A DNA stretch of 64,000 nt. Origin: a virus (taxonomy: Duplodnaviria > Caudoviricetes). Under the pieces are notes generated by a model that saw only the letters and a list, made by a program, of their open reading frames with translations, ran no database searches and was not told where the DNA came from. The first letter of the stretch is position 1. Each line of letters starts with the position of its first letter. The stretch covers positions 16,415 to 80,414 of IMG/VR virus record IMGVR_UViG_3300023053_000008. One strand, 5' to 3'. The translations under genes were made by a program, and so were the position numbers. Below, piece by piece: positions 37,911-47,591 of this stretch.

Positions 37911-38339
37911 TTAAGTATCCCAATCTTCATCAAAATTAAATTCTTTATCATCATCTGTATTATAATCAAAATATCCAGTACTATTCCAATAAATTTTAGC
38001 ATCATTTTCTTTTAGTATATTCCATAAATCTTCTTCAAATAATCCTCTAATTTCTTTAAATGTTGCTGTACCAAACCAGACTTGTTTTGCATTAAAATGA
38101 TCTACAACTTGAAATGATCTATAGAAGTAATCAATGTGAGTACCATCCTTAAGAATTATATCAATATAACCTGTAACACCGCCACCCTCTTTAGGATCTT
38201 CGTCAGGGAATGCCATTTGTTTCGCTACAAATAATAAAACCTCTTCAATATCTTCAACCTTACTTTTATCTAAGTGTTCTTTATTTTTAAGCGTTTTCAT
38301 ATTTATAACTGTTTTTATTATTTCTTCCATTTTTACCAT
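37911..38339 (-). CDS. Hypothetical protein, paralogous to the C-terminal domain of 38379-39242
   Basis: VAKQMAFPDE...GGG...VWFG...LFEEDLW...EDWDT. Confidence 0.8.
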   Translation of the reverse strand: MVKMEEIIKTVINMKTLKNKEHLDKSKVEDIEEVLLFVAKQMAFPDEDPKEGGGVTGYIDIILKDGTHIDYFYRSFQVVDHFNAKQVWFGTATFKEIRGLFEEDLWNILKENDAKIYWNSTGYFDYNTDDDKEFNFDEDWDT

Positions 38340-38378
38340 CCTTTTATAAATTATATATTATGTAAGAGATTGGGAAAA

Positions 38379-39242
38379 TCAAGTATCCCAATCCTCACTG
38401 AAGTAGAAGATTTCATCTAAATCATTAGGGTCTAAAATTTCTAGATTACTATCAATATTTTCACCATAATATTCATTAGACCAATAAACTTCAACACCTA
38501 AATCCATTAATTCTTTCCATAAATCTTCTTCAAATAATCTAATTAATTCTTTACATGTTGTATTACCAAACCAAACAAGTTTAGTGTCAAAAGTTTCTAA
38601 TAAATCTTGCTCAGGTTCTAAATATCTTAATTCCTTCTCACCTTTAAATCTATATCTAATATGACCATTAATTCCTCCACCATTCTCATCAGGGAATTCC
38701 ATTTGTTTTGCCACTGTTAATGTAAAACGATCAAGATCTTTAATTTCTTTATTAGATTCTTTTAAAAGATTATCAATATCTTTTCTAGTAATTACTGCAG
38801 GTTTAGATGGTTCTACAATTACTTCATCTTGCGTTTCTTTAAGAGATTGACGATTATTTTCATAATGAGGTTCATCTGTTAATCTTCCTGTAAGAACAAC
38901 CCCACCTTGTTCAATCCATCCTACAAATAAATTTAGATTACCATTGACAATTGAACCATTTTGGTCTACCACTTGTAGAATTATCTTCTGATCCATTAAT
39001 TCTGTAGCCATTTCTCTATCTGTATAATTTGCAATTTCTTTACCAGTCTCATTCCATAATTCTCTAAATGTTAAACTATCATCGACATCACTTTTAACAG
39101 GAACTAATTCTTTAATTTCAATTTCCTCTTTTACAAGATTAAGGAAATCTCTAAATGATTCAGCACCGTTATTACCCCATCTAAATTCATGTAATAAATC
39201 TCCATTGTCTCTTGATAAGAAATCTTGTAATTCTTTTTTCAT
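38379..39242 (-). CDS. Hypothetical two-domain protein (start moved to MKKELQ)
   Basis: RBS GGAGG; C-terminal VAKQMEFPDENGGG...VWFG...LFEEDLW...EDWDT. Confidence 0.8.
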   Translation of the reverse strand: MKKELQDFLSRDNGDLLHEFRWGNNGAESFRDFLNLVKEEIEIKELVPVKSDVDDSLTFRELWNETGKEIANYTDREMATELMDQKIILQVVDQNGSIVNGNLNLFVGWIEQGGVVLTGRLTDEPHYENNRQSLKETQDEVIVEPSKPAVITRKDIDNLLKESNKEIKDLDRFTLTVAKQMEFPDENGGGINGHIRYRFKGEKELRYLEPEQDLLETFDTKLVWFGNTTCKELIRLFEEDLWKELMDLGVEVYWSNEYYGENIDSNLEILDPNDLDEIFYFSEDWDT

Positions 39243-39277
39243 AGTATATTCCTCCAATAAATTATATATTATATAGA

Positions 39278-39310
39278 ACACCATTAACCGTATTTAACAG
39301 TTAATGGTGT
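39278..39310. terminator. Hairpin after RNAP beta-C
   Basis: ACACCATTAAC/GTTAATGGTGT. Confidence 0.65.
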
Positions 39311-39317
39311 AATTAAA

Positions 39318-41324
39318 TTATTTTTCTTCGTCTTCACCTTTATCAAGTTCAAGACCTAATGATGTGAATAGTCCTCTAATGATCTTACTATTATTAGACT
39401 CTGTTTGCGTTGGCGTAAATTGAATATCAAACGGATTACCAGTAACCATTTCTTCAGTAAGAGCAGTTCTGTCTTCAATATTAGTTGAATAAGAATCCAT
39501 TAGAATCTTAATTGGATCAATTCCATCCCCTACTAAAGCAGCGTTTGTTACCTCCATACTACCAAAACGGATTGGAGTACGAGATTGAATATCTTTGTAT
39601 TCTTTATATGCTTTACCTTTAGATGGTAAATCTTTAAGATCATTAAATCCTGTTGAACGAGCAGAGAATTTATTAATCGCTTCATGTTTAAGACGCATGA
39701 TATACATTTCACCCATGATAATTGGATTATGAATACCTTCGAATTTAAACTCTTTTACAAAGTCGTATTTCTTATAAATCTCTCTAAACTCATCAATACC
39801 AATATTATTCCAGAATGAACCTTGATGAATTGGAATACCATTGTTAATGAATCCCATCATTGCTTCTTGGAACTCTTCATCAGAAGCATGTGTTAGATAT
39901 TCTTCTAGATGTTGTGCTTGTTCTTTATTAATCATACCTACATAATCCAATAGAATCTCTACTGCATTATCTAAATCTTCTTCCATTTTCTTTCTGATAT
40001 ATTTTGATACGAAATTAATTTCCATCTCAATCATCTGAGAAGGATTCATACGGTTATAAACACCTAAAGGATTAAGAACAATCTCAGCTCTTTGACCTTT
40101 AAATGGACCTTCAGCAATAACTGGCATCTCAATATCTGGTAATACTTTGAATTTCAATTCTTGATATTCAGAACCTTCATTACTACCTTTTTCAGAGATA
40201 ATACCTTTATTACCATAACGTCCTGTAAGTTTACTACCTTCTTTAACTGGTTCATCTTCTAGAATACTAAACTCAATGATATAGTTATCGAATTTATTAT
40301 TTTGATAAGTGAAAGTATTTCCTTCATCAAGAATCATTTTAGCTCTGTTGTAGTTATATAGTAGGTTTTGAGAAATTTTATTTTCTTCTTTACCTTCTAC
40401 AATGTTCTTTAATGCTCTTACGATACCTTTGTAATATTCATTTTGCTTTCTAATATATTTCAAGATTTGTTTACTATAATCTTGATCTTCAAGAACTTCT
40501 AAGCTTTGGTTATTATAGATATTGATATCTACAATTTGTCCACTTGAATAGAACGTATCATCGGATTCTCTAATTTCAGATAGATTCTTTAATTCAAATA
40601 ATAACTTCTCATAATTAATACGTCTTCTTGATAAGATAATTTGCTCATCAATTTCTTCACCAATATCAGGGAAACACTTGTAATTATCTTCATCACCATA
40701 AACATTCACAAGAATATCGTTGGTATTTACTGAGATCATTACTTTCTTTACTGAGTGGGAACATAGTTTCTTTCCAGCGCTTTCTGAAATTGGGATAGCA
40801 TCCTCATAAGTTTTATTATCATATGCAAGATAGATTGCATTCAGATTAACTCCATATTGGAAGTTCATTTCTTCATCATAGTTATTATTCTTATAAAGAA
40901 CTGTCTTACCACTAATCTCTTGACCTTTCTTAAGACCATCAATAACCTCATTATTGAATTTATATCCATAATGCTCTGTTAACCAATGATGTTCATGTCG
41001 AGATACCATGTCATATTCACCAGTATCTTGATTAAGTATAACTAAATCATAATTGAACTTATTCTTAACAATCTTTTCAATAATTTTGTAATTACCTTCT
41101 AACATTTTATAACCAGTTGAATGCTTTCCAACTTGATCTTCAAAGTTAGTAAATACTAAAGGTGGTTCAGCGCCTTGTAATGGAATACACTGACTAATAT
41201 GTGATGTAAACATTTGCAGTCGGTTTGAGTCAGTCTTATTTGCATTTGGTACTAAAAGTGGTTCTGCTAAAAACTTGTGATTATTGTGATACTCTTCCTG
41301 ATTAATCTTGTTTAAATCTTCCAT
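39318..41324 (-). CDS. rpoB: RNA polymerase beta subunit C-terminal half, non-virion RNAP (AR9 gp089-like)
   Basis: TDSNRLQMFTSH (DANRALM), YEDAIPISE, GSKLTGRYGNKG, IVLNPLGVYNRMN, MGEMYIMRLKH, RFGSME. Confidence 0.93.
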   Translation of the reverse strand: MEDLNKINQEEYHNNHKFLAEPLLVPNANKTDSNRLQMFTSHISQCIPLQGAEPPLVFTNFEDQVGKHSTGYKMLEGNYKIIEKIVKNKFNYDLVILNQDTGEYDMVSRHEHHWLTEHYGYKFNNEVIDGLKKGQEISGKTVLYKNNNYDEEMNFQYGVNLNAIYLAYDNKTYEDAIPISESAGKKLCSHSVKKVMISVNTNDILVNVYGDEDNYKCFPDIGEEIDEQIILSRRRINYEKLLFELKNLSEIRESDDTFYSSGQIVDINIYNNQSLEVLEDQDYSKQILKYIRKQNEYYKGIVRALKNIVEGKEENKISQNLLYNYNRAKMILDEGNTFTYQNNKFDNYIIEFSILEDEPVKEGSKLTGRYGNKGIISEKGSNEGSEYQELKFKVLPDIEMPVIAEGPFKGQRAEIVLNPLGVYNRMNPSQMIEMEINFVSKYIRKKMEEDLDNAVEILLDYVGMINKEQAQHLEEYLTHASDEEFQEAMMGFINNGIPIHQGSFWNNIGIDEFREIYKKYDFVKEFKFEGIHNPIIMGEMYIMRLKHEAINKFSARSTGFNDLKDLPSKGKAYKEYKDIQSRTPIRFGSMEVTNAALVGDGIDPIKILMDSYSTNIEDRTALTEEMVTGNPFDIQFTPTQTESNNSKIIRGLFTSLGLELDKGEDEEK

Positions 41325-41447
41325 TTAAAATCTCCTCCAAATTAAAACCTATATAAAATATATTATATCTATACTCTATTATAATATGTCTTTATAAAGC
41401 TATTTAAATCTAAAAAAAGAAGACCTGATTAAAGGTCTCCTTAAGAA

Positions 41448-42185
41448 TTATTTAGAAAACTCTACTAGAGCTTTAATAATTCTTTCTGCTTCATTTTTAT
41501 CCTGAACAACACTTTTAACAACACTCTTCATAGTAGCTTCATTAGGGAATACCGCAATATTATCACTGTTATCCCATGCAGTAGTTTTCATTTCAGTAGT
41601 ATTATCTGATTGGAGTTTAACTTGCTTTAATGTATAACGATCTCTAATACTTCTATTACATAGGTAGTATCCTGTAACAATACCAAATGAATTAGTTCGA
41701 CTATTATAAATGAATTTACCAGTATTGAAATTATTACCACGTAAACCAATTAACATTTGACCTGTAGATAAATAAGTTTGTGTTTTAACTACATCTAATT
41801 CTAGGATTTTACCGAAGTGTTCTTGGATAGTATTTTCAGATTTATCATCTTTATTAGGTTCATGGACATAGATTCGTCGTAACTCACCATTCTTTAATAA
41901 ATGACCTTTAACAATATAACCACTTTGAATAGCAATCTTTTCAATTTCAATAGCAGTTTTAAGACTTTCAATATTGTTATTAGAAATAAAGTGAGTCTCA
42001 AAGAATGAGTTGATTGATGCTTGGAAAGATTTAGCCATTTGTTTTAAAGCTAATTCAGGGGTTTTAACACGGATTCGAATATCAATTTCCTCTGGATTAA
42101 TAGTATCCATATTAAAATCTGGTAAGATAGTGTTAGTTAAAAATTCTTCCATTCCAATTTGTACATGTTGTGTTGTTGTAGTCAT
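41448..42185 (-). CDS. Hypothetical protein (start moved to MTTTTQ)
   Basis: RBS GGAGG; early-type motif at 42207-42219. Confidence 0.78.
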   Translation of the reverse strand: MTTTTQHVQIGMEEFLTNTILPDFNMDTINPEEIDIRIRVKTPELALKQMAKSFQASINSFFETHFISNNNIESLKTAIEIEKIAIQSGYIVKGHLLKNGELRRIYVHEPNKDDKSENTIQEHFGKILELDVVKTQTYLSTGQMLIGLRGNNFNTGKFIYNSRTNSFGIVTGYYLCNRSIRDRYTLKQVKLQSDNTTEMKTTAWDNSDNIAVFPNEATMKSVVKSVVQDKNEAERIIKALVEFSK

Positions 42186-42271
42186 AATAAATTCCTCCAA
42201 GTTTTTTATATATTATATATGATATGAAAAGGATAACATCATATATAAATATGACATTATCCTTAAAAATA

Positions 42272-43543
42272 TTAACCTTCGTACTCTACTTCTTCACCTT
42301 CACCAGTGTAGTAATTACCATCACTGCCTAACCATACATCATTTTCTTCATCTACACATTCTACTAATTCAAGTTCACCTTCAGAACCCATTTTCTCTGG
42401 AAGTGGAACGAATTGAACCATAACTTCATCAACAAGACGAGCAATAGTTTCTTGTAATTCAACTGATTCGTTATATTTCTCTCTGAATTTCTTCTGAGTG
42501 AATTTAACATCAGGGCAATCCTCAAAGTAGTAAGCACGAGGTGAACCTTTAAGATAACCATTATCTTTTAAGATATTGAAGTTAGTCATAAGGTTATCAA
42601 GACCATTACGTTGAGAGAATACCATATCAAATTTCTTACCAGATTCATTTGAACGTGATTTTAAGAACTCACCAACAGACATGAAACCTTTAACTCCTAG
42701 AGTTTCATCTTCTTCTAATTTCTTACCTGGCTCTAGACGTAGTAAAGAAGAAGCCATGTAGATACAGCTTGATCCACCAGGAATAGATTCATTTTGTTTT
42801 AAGTAGTTTAATTTAGCTTTAGTCTTAACTGGTCCGATCTCAATCTTTTCAGTGATATGGTTAACAATGATTAAGATGATGTTACCTTCTTCAAGTGGTC
42901 CAGCTAGACGTTTGATGATAGAGTTATTTTCTTTAGCAATAGCTGATGCTGACATTGAACCAGAAAGTTTTTCTTCTTCAGCAATGTTTTGAGGAACCAT
43001 TACAGCCCATGAATCAACAATAACAATGCTAGGTGGAATACCGTATACTTTGTCTCCATTATAATCAATAATACCAGTATCATATTTTAATAGGTCAAAG
43101 TTTTCTTTCTTGTTCTTGATATTTGCAATAGATTTACACATTTTATATACAGATTCACTATAAATCTTACGGTTCATTAAGTGATATTTATTTTTAATCT
43201 TTTCATCAGACCAACCTGTTAAACCTTTAATACGAGCAATATTAGTTGCACGTTCAAAGTCAAAGTGAGTTACTGTTGCATGTTCGAATTGATCAGCAAT
43301 GTGAGTACCAATTTGAATAGCGGCAGTAGATTTACCAGAACCAGATGGTCCAATAACAGTTAAGATTTTACCACCTTCAACACCAACTACGATCTTTTCA
43401 TTCTCTTCACCTTCAACACGACCATTATGATAATCGATTGCATCGATACCAGTTTTATATACAGGCATGTAAAGGTTTTCTTCACCTAAGCCATCTTTTT
43501 TAGCTACTCCACGGAATTCATCTGCAAGGTTTAATGTTGTCAT
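42272..43543 (-). CDS. recA: RecA/UvsX-like recombinase
   Basis: Walker A GPSGSGKST, DFERA, Walker B IVIVDSW, IIVNH, PGG. Confidence 0.9.
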   Translation of the reverse strand: MTTLNLADEFRGVAKKDGLGEENLYMPVYKTGIDAIDYHNGRVEGEENEKIVVGVEGGKILTVIGPSGSGKSTAAIQIGTHIADQFEHATVTHFDFERATNIARIKGLTGWSDEKIKNKYHLMNRKIYSESVYKMCKSIANIKNKKENFDLLKYDTGIIDYNGDKVYGIPPSIVIVDSWAVMVPQNIAEEEKLSGSMSASAIAKENNSIIKRLAGPLEEGNIILIIVNHITEKIEIGPVKTKAKLNYLKQNESIPGGSSCIYMASSLLRLEPGKKLEEDETLGVKGFMSVGEFLKSRSNESGKKFDMVFSQRNGLDNLMTNFNILKDNGYLKGSPRAYYFEDCPDVKFTQKKFREKYNESVELQETIARLVDEVMVQFVPLPEKMGSEGELELVECVDEENDVWLGSDGNYYTGEGEEVEYEG

Positions 43544-43613
43544 TTAATATTTCCTCCTATAAGGACTTATAAATTATAAACTATATAAATCCAAAATTTA
43601 CTTTTCATAATAT

Positions 43614-43625
43614 CAATTTTTTGTT
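43614..43625 (-). promoter_or_regulatory. Late promoter motif AACA-N6-TG
   Basis: Minus strand AACA AAAAAT TG upstream of recA. Confidence 0.6.
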
Positions 43626-43686
43626 ATATGATATTTTTAAAAATAAATTTTTAAGATTTATTGACAACACTTGCAGATGAATACCA

Positions 43687-44028
43687 TTATTGAGTTATTT
43701 TCTCACAGAATGGCTTACCATTTTTAATGAGAGGTGAAAATGACTGTACATCGTTACCAAAATCATTAGATCCAGCAATTAAGATATAATGACATTTGGA
43801 TTCATCACCATTATCTCGTACAATAAATACTTTATTCATAGAAGGAGTAGCACGAACATCACCATTTGCATACTTTAACACAAATCGGTCTTGTACTTCT
43901 TCTAATACTTCAAAGCGTTGTTCTTTGGATACTTTTATTAATTCCTTACCTGTATCACTATCTGGTTTTGAAGCACATGCAGATAGTAATAAAGTAGGTA
44001 GAAGGAGAACTGATAATAATTTTTTCAT
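43687..44028 (-). CDS. Small lipoprotein
   Basis: MKKLL signal peptide with lipobox LSAC. Confidence 0.8.
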   Translation of the reverse strand: MKKLLSVLLLPTLLLSACASKPDSDTGKELIKVSKEQRFEVLEEVQDRFVLKYANGDVRATPSMNKVFIVRDNGDESKCHYILIAGSNDFGNDVQSFSPLIKNGKPFCEKITQ

Positions 44029-44040
44029 TTCAATTTCCTC

Positions 44041-44289
44041 CTATAAGTGAAAATAAGATCCAAATACAGTACGACGTGATGAACGATTGTTAGATACACC
44101 TTTAGCTTCATTATGATGATTCTGAATGAATGCATAAGCTTGACGACTTGTACTTCCATTGAAACGATGAGATGTTGTCTCTTCAATGAATTGAATAATA
44201 TTACGTTGTGTTACTGTTACTGGATTTTGACTATGATATCCCCATGAATAAGTTCCATCACCATGTAATGTTGTTTGGTTTTCTTGCAT
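44041..44289 (-). CDS. Hypothetical protein
   Basis: 82 aa, RBS AGGAG. Confidence 0.75.
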   Translation of the reverse strand: MQENQTTLHGDGTYSWGYHSQNPVTVTQRNIIQFIEETTSHRFNGSTSRQAYAFIQNHHNEAKGVSNNRSSRRTVFGSYFHL

Positions 44290-44370
44290 TATAAATCACT
44301 CCTATAAAATAAATTATAAATTAAAAATGATACTGGTATACCATTATATAATATTTATTTGAAATGATTT

Positions 44371-44601
44371 TTATTTCTTTTTAGGTCTCATTACTATTTC
44401 AAAACAATCATTACACTTGTGTTTATCATATTTACTCTCTTCTTCAAATGAACCAAAAGTATCCATCTTATAAGTATTGATATGTGGACATACTTTTCTC
44501 ATTCTCTTTAATAATTCATTTTCCTTACTTATATATTCTCTTAATATAATTTTATTTTCTTCATATTCTTTTTTAATATCTTCAAAATTATCTTTTTTCA
44601 T
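44371..44601 (-). CDS. Small coiled-coil plus Zn-binding protein
   Basis: CPH...HKCNDC. Confidence 0.7.
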   Translation of the reverse strand: MKKDNFEDIKKEYEENKIILREYISKENELLKRMRKVCPHINTYKMDTFGSFEEESKYDKHKCNDCFEIVMRPKKK

Positions 44602-44694
44602 AATATTAATACTCCTTTATATAATATAATTTATTATAATAATTATTAATATAAATAATAAAGATAGTACCACTAAAAAGCAGTACTACCTTTA

Positions 44695-45420
44695 TTAATT
44701 TTTGTTGTATTTACTCTTTTTTATGAAATCTTTAATAAGTTGTGGATTCCATCTTAAATATTCAAGTAAACTATAGATATTTTTAAAATCTCTACTTCCT
44801 TTACGAATGGAATCAATCTTTCTATAAAGTTTCATAGTGTTTTGATCCACATTTCTATTGAATTCAAAACCTAAGGTTTTATTAGCAAATTGATAATCTG
44901 CTATATAATCAACCATAATTTTTTTAAGAACTCTAGTATAATCATTGCTTTCCTTATACTTCTTTATATATCTTTTAATAATTGCAGGATTAAAGAAATA
45001 TTTAGCTAAGCAACGAACTATACCAATTCTAGCATAACGAATATCTGGAATACCTAATAATAAGGTAACAGTTTCATATATACTATTCTCATAAATATTT
45101 TTCTTAGCAATCTTTGCAATACCCCTTCTAGGATTACGTTCTGTACTGTACACCGAATAAATATTAACAGTATGAATGAAATTATCCAGAGTAATATCTA
45201 AATCATTTTTGAAGAAGTTATAAATAAATTCCATAGATGATGCAACCCTAGGTCTGTCTGAATTATGTTGCAACGTTACCCCTATACTAATATTTTTATT
45301 AGAACGACTTAGTCCCTCAAGTAATTGCGTGTCAAAATAAACATTAACACACATCTTACCAACATTATAATTTTCTACATTAAAGTCATCATAAAACATT
45401 ACTAACACCCCATATATCAT
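44695..45420 (-). CDS. Hypothetical protein
   Basis: 241 aa; the true start may be the ATG at 45399. Confidence 0.7.
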   Translation of the reverse strand: MIYGVLVMFYDDFNVENYNVGKMCVNVYFDTQLLEGLSRSNKNISIGVTLQHNSDRPRVASSMEFIYNFFKNDLDITLDNFIHTVNIYSVYSTERNPRRGIAKIAKKNIYENSIYETVTLLLGIPDIRYARIGIVRCLAKYFFNPAIIKRYIKKYKESNDYTRVLKKIMVDYIADYQFANKTLGFEFNRNVDQNTMKLYRKIDSIRKGSRDFKNIYSLLEYLRWNPQLIKDFIKKSKYNKN

Positions 45421-45932
45421 TATCTTATTTCTTTATATTTTGATCTTTCTATTTTTACTTTGCTATCAAATCTGAATTCTTTATATATCAGAGAAGCATC
45501 TCCTAATTCATTAGTTCGAATAGTTCTTAAGTGAGTATCGCCTACTATAACAACTATTTTCCCTTTCCCTAAATACTCTTTAATCTTCTCAACCATGTGC
45601 TTTTCTCTTAGAAGAAACTTATTCTTTAATGAATAATGTTGGGGAACATCTTCTAAGTCGATTCCTATAAATGGTATATCTAGTTTGTAAGCTAATTCAT
45701 ACACATCTTTATTTATACTTGGATCACATTGATGTCCTCCAATTCTGCAGTGACTTAACCTTTTTCTAGCTTCCTGCTTATTGTCTATTACATCTTCATA
45801 CAATAATTCATGAAGAACATAGTCAGGTTTTAGTCTTTTTATCTCTCTTTCAATAGTCTCTACAGAATCTCTTACATGATGATTTTCACCAAAAATAAAG
45901 CATGTTTTGACAGACATTTTAGAACTCATCAC
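45420..45932 (-). CDS. EreA/ChaN/TraB(Tiki)-like metal-dependent hydrolase
   Basis: FIFGENHH, VLHELL, IGIDL, REKHM, IVVIVGDTHL motif order. Confidence 0.55.
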   Translation of the reverse strand: MMSSKMSVKTCFIFGENHHVRDSVETIEREIKRLKPDYVLHELLYEDVIDNKQEARKRLSHCRIGGHQCDPSINKDVYELAYKLDIPFIGIDLEDVPQHYSLKNKFLLREKHMVEKIKEYLGKGKIVVIVGDTHLRTIRTNELGDASLIYKEFRFDSKVKIERSKYKEIR

Positions 45933-45939
45933 CTTTAAT

Positions 45940-47451
45940 TTATTTTTGTAATTGTCTTAATAATTCTTCTTCATCAATTGGTTGGTCTAATAAGTCACTA
46001 TCAATTCCTGCCCCAATAAGTAAAGCATAGATAGTATTTAATACTTGGTTTTCACTGATATCTTTTGGAATATCTTTTAAGTAAGTATAACCATACATTG
46101 AGATTTGCTTATACATTTCAGTCTTCTTCAATGAACTATCGGCACGAGCACCAAAGAATTCTTGTAAAGCATAATCTGCTTCAATAACAGATAAAGCATA
46201 GTTCTCTGCATCGGTAACACGAGCAATTTTATCATCACCTGTTACTAGGTTAGTCTTAAGGTTACGTTTATTAATATCTAACGAATAAGTATTCTTCTTA
46301 GATAAAATCTGCTGTAAACGTCTTAAGTGAATATAACCAATTGGTACTTCATACATAGTTCTTAATGGATCATCCTTCTGACCGTCATGACTAAAGTATA
46401 CATACTCATTTAAAGGAACTTTTAAGAAGTCTAATAATTCTTTGATATCTTTTAATGAAGGTTCATTTTTATTTGGAAGTATCTCTAAGTAGAAATGATC
46501 ATCCTCACTATATAAGAACTTCTTCATATATTTATCAAATTTCTCATCAGACATAGACTTAAAGAATCTTTTATATTTATCTACGTTAATACCAGACTTA
46601 TCAGCAATAGCTATTGATTTAAGAATCTTATCCTCCATTTTCTTTCTTTTAGCAGGTGTCATCTTAGTAGCTTCACTAAGTAATTCAATTCCTTCTTTAA
46701 GCATCCCTCTTTTATCAGCTTTAACCTTATCAGATACTTTACCTGAAGAGATTTGAGTAAGGTCTGGATGATTTAAGAAATCATTAGGTCTTACTAAACC
46801 ATGATTCTTATCAAATAATACAAGTCCTGCATTATTCAATACAAAAGCAATAAATTGAGAGCAGAAGAATTCATATCTTCTATTTAAAGGGATATTAAAA
46901 GCATTCAGGATCAAAGAAATCTTGCTAAATTTGAATTTAGTTTTTTCTTTTTCAAATTTCTTTAATTCTTTCGTAACTTTATTGAACTCTCCTTCAGTAA
47001 CCTTTAGTTCTAATTGAACATAATCAGCATCGTTTTGTTTGTAGAATCCTGAATCCATTTTTTCAATAATGAAACCTGATTCTTCATCATCTACATTTCT
47101 TCCAAAACCATATACATGATTAAATGAAGGATCTAATGCTAATGAAGCATGGTTGAAATCAGAACGTATTACATTCTTGATAACTTGACCCATTACTGTC
47201 TTTGTATTAGTAAGTATAATATGAAGAGACTTAGTCAGGTTCTTACGATTTCCTTTTAATTTTATTGGTCTTACCATGAACTCTGTATTGTATATAAATT
47301 CATTTAATACAGAAAACTCCTCATTCTCATTAATAATTTCTTCATCTCTTTCATCAGAAGGGAACATGTATCCTTCAGAACATTCTGGACAAATTAATGA
47401 AAGATGGTCGATACCTTCAGCGTGGTTACAAATGTTGCAAATAGTTTTCAT
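45940..47451 (-). CDS. rpoB: Fusion: Zn ribbon + permuted papain-like (NlpC/P60, YiiX-type) peptidase + RNAP beta C-terminal fragment (probably virion RNAP)
   Basis: CNIC...CPEC; FNHASLAL...FFCSQFIAFVL; then PIGYIHLRRLQQ (beta GxMYxxKLxH), ARVTDAENYAL, LQEFFGARADS (beta LQExLTxKSDD). Confidence 0.78.
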   Translation of the reverse strand: MKTICNICNHAEGIDHLSLICPECSEGYMFPSDERDEEIINENEEFSVLNEFIYNTEFMVRPIKLKGNRKNLTKSLHIILTNTKTVMGQVIKNVIRSDFNHASLALDPSFNHVYGFGRNVDDEESGFIIEKMDSGFYKQNDADYVQLELKVTEGEFNKVTKELKKFEKEKTKFKFSKISLILNAFNIPLNRRYEFFCSQFIAFVLNNAGLVLFDKNHGLVRPNDFLNHPDLTQISSGKVSDKVKADKRGMLKEGIELLSEATKMTPAKRKKMEDKILKSIAIADKSGINVDKYKRFFKSMSDEKFDKYMKKFLYSEDDHFYLEILPNKNEPSLKDIKELLDFLKVPLNEYVYFSHDGQKDDPLRTMYEVPIGYIHLRRLQQILSKKNTYSLDINKRNLKTNLVTGDDKIARVTDAENYALSVIEADYALQEFFGARADSSLKKTEMYKQISMYGYTYLKDIPKDISENQVLNTIYALLIGAGIDSDLLDQPIDEEELLRQLQK

Positions 47452-47476
47452 TTAGTTACCATCCTTTCGTACTGTA

Positions 47477-47488
47477 TATAAAATTGTT
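47477..47488 (-). promoter_or_regulatory. Late promoter motif AACA-N6-TA
   Basis: Minus strand AACA ATTTTA TA upstream of the fusion gene. Confidence 0.7.
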
Positions 47489-47591
47489 CTTTTAAAAGGA
47501 AAATTTTTAAAACGTTGAAATTACATAAACTGTTTCAAATACATATTATATAATCGAGCTTTACATCATATTGCATAAAGGAGAGACAGAC

